Positions 61,549 through 64,000 of a stretch of 64,000 bases of DNA are shown here, piece after piece. The notes below the pieces were generated by a model. It did not search any database and was not told the DNA's origin. It saw only the letters and a program-made list of their open reading frames with translations. How positions within the stretch are numbered: the first letter of the stretch is position 1; the number at the start of each line of letters is the position of its first letter. The position numbers and the translations under genes were made by a program. The stretch comes from Octopus sinensis. Lineage: Eukaryota. Where the stretch lies: assembly GCF_006345805.1 (NCBI RefSeq), contig NC_043015.1, positions 14,384,001-14,448,000 of the forward strand, in the 5' to 3' direction.

Positions 61549-64000
61549 TTAGAAACACTAGAAGAAACCAGCCTAGAGTAAGGAGTGATAATTTTTTCTA
61601 CCCAGCATCTAGAAATATACAAGAGACCTCCTTTACCCTTCAACGAAGAAACAACATAATTAAACACCCCAAGAATTCACTCCAACAAAGAAATCCTAAC
61701 CACGTGCCCCCAACCAGTTTACCCAGGCAACAACACCAACCCCCCAGCTACCCGAATATAATAAGTACTAATAATACTGATTTAATTAATAGCAATAATA
61801 ACTCAAATAATAAATTCTACCAACCGAACCTCAATCAAAATTTTATAGATCAAGTGGAGAGAAACAGGGACACACATTGGAACAAAACGCAGAGGAGAAA
61901 CCCAAAGGCATTAACTTATCAAAGAAAACTCTATCCATAACAAAAATCAATATACTAGCCAAAAGTTTAAAATTCAACCCAACCCCACGAAGAGCTAACC
62001 ATAATGAAATTAAAGACAATATTTCGGAATTCTGCAGAAAACTATGACTCGCAGAAGCACTAACTGACTACGACAATGAAGATGAATCACTAGTCAAAAA
62101 CAGAAGTAATTACCTCCCACATAAGGGTAGGAATAAAACACTGGATGACTACTGCAACCATATCCAAAATTTCCCCTACACATCCATTAAACGAAAAATT
62201 AATCCTAACCTCAACAATCTAGAATGGAAAAATCTGACTGAACTAAAAAATGACAAAGACCTGACAATTAAAGAAGCTGACAAAGGAAGTGCTGTAGTTC
62301 TGATGGACACAGAACACTATAAAAAACTAGTACTTACCATATTAGAAAACGAGGCCTTCTACGAAAAAATTATAAACTATAAACAACAAAAAAACCATGA
62401 AAAATCTTGTATCCTTAATTCTTCTACATGGAAAAGGCCTGACAGAAAAAGAAACAGACTACATCACGAACTTCAAGTGTAAACCCAGTCTTTTTTATGG
62501 CCTCCCTAAAATACACAAGAGCAAGATAATCAATGAAGCCTTCAAACAATCACCAGGCAAATATATAAACATCCAAACGCCAGAAGACTTGACTTTAAGA
62601 CCCATTGTAGCTGGACCAGCCTGTGAAACCCACCGACTGAGCAATTTTCTAGACATCCTACTGAAACCCTTGCTGAAATACATCAAAAGCTTCATTAGGG
62701 ATGATTTAGACATGTTAGAACACCTACCAAAAACAATTAATGAAGAAGCAGTATTGGTCACCCTCGATGTTATCAATCTTTACACCAACATCCCCCTTGA
62801 CTATGGAATGAAAGCAATTAAATTCTGGTTGGAAAAGTACCCCGAAGTCCTCCCAGAATGCATAAACCAGACCTTTATTATTGAATCCTTAAAATTTATA
62901 CTTCAGAACAATTATTTCCTGTTTGATGACACATACTATCGTCAGAAATGCAGAATTGCGATGGGGACGAAAGCAGCTCCTGTTCTTGCAAATCTAATAA
63001 TGGGCTATTTTGAATTCACCTTATATGAAGTATCACTTCAGAAATATGGTTGCCCATTTTACCTCTACATAAGAGAAAATTGGAAGCGATACTTGGATGA
63101 CTGTTTTATCATCTGGAAGGAGAACATCGACAAACTTTTGGATTTCAAAACAACACTAAATAACATAAATAGTAACATTCAATTCACAATGGAATATAAT
63201 AAAGAACAACTTCCTTTTTTAGACATCATGATAAAAAAAGTCAACAATGAAATCATAACTGACATTTATTATAAACCAACTGACTCAAAACAATATCTTC
63301 TTTTTAACTCATGCCACCTGAAACACATAAAAAGTCTTCAAGACTTCAAAACAACACTTATTGAAAGACAATATCCACCCTCTCTTATCGACAAGGGAAT
63401 TAAATGTGCCAAACAATTAGACACAAAAACAATGAGAACAAAAAAACATAGCACCACACCTCAAACCAAAACATTACTTTTTATATCAACATACAACCCC
63501 AGAAACAGTGAGGCATTCAACACTATTATGCAAACTCTCCCTTTACTAACTAGAGATCCAAAATTCAACGACATCCTGAAAATACACAAACTCATCAAAT
63601 GCAAAAAACAAGACAAATCGCTAAAGAGACTACTAACAAATGTGAAGCTTTACAAAACAACCACGAAACCAACAGTTGAAAAATGTGGACACCCGAACTG
63701 TGGAACCTGCCCCACCTGCTTGAAGGCTCAGACTTCCTTTTCAAACAAGGACAGAGGTTCACACTTAAAACTAGTTTCACCAGTGCCTCTGAGAACCTAA
63801 TTTATGTAATAACCTGCTCGGGTTGCAGTCATTAGTACATTGGACAAACGAGTTTAATTTTGAGGAAGAGAATTACTCTGCATAAGGAGCAAATCTGTTT
63901 CCCACAATACAGACAAATCCCTCTTAGTGAACACATAGAAAAATGTGCAGGTAACATCAAACCAAATTTTACAGTCTTCCCTTTCTACCAGTGCAAAGAC
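61549..64000 (+). mobile_element. Penelope-like retroelement, 5'-truncated and running off the window: RT ORF 62397-63800 plus GIY-YIG
   Basis: IKEADKGSAVVLMD, FYGLPKIHKS, LRPIVAG, LDVINLYTNIP, AMGTKAAP, WKRYLDDCF, CGHPNCGTC linker, NLIYVITCSGC..YIGQT; several stops/frameshifts. Confidence 0.93.

Overview
AT-rich, microsatellite- and repeat-dense animal genomic DNA. The SINE/LINE/MITE families and gene sequences point to a coleoid cephalopod, most likely Octopus; that is inference, not a database result. Two host genes lie head-to-head. RABL2 (ciliary Rab-like GTPase, minus strand) has five coding exons at 25977-9617, and its 3' exons fall left of the window. It includes a 30-nt exon followed by a U12-type (minor spliceosome) intron and an RFX X-box in intron 1. 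TAF9 (TFIID subunit 9, plus strand) is complete: six coding exons at 31380-48637, 305 aa. The rest is mostly mobile DNA: tRNA-derived SINEs, RTE and CR1-type LINEs, several Penelope-like elements with hammerhead-ribozyme motifs, mariner, pogo/Tigger and hAT-like fossils, TTAA-type MITEs and Lep1/DINE-like non-autonomous Helitrons. The most unusual structural theme is the number of long inverted repeats: an inverted pair of ribozyme-bearing Penelope termini, a spacerless ~1.1-kb palindrome, a LINE sitting at the apex of a ~120-bp palindrome, and a near-perfect (TA)n-centred fold-back. I found no convincing new protein-coding system. All structures were read by eye and need computational confirmation.
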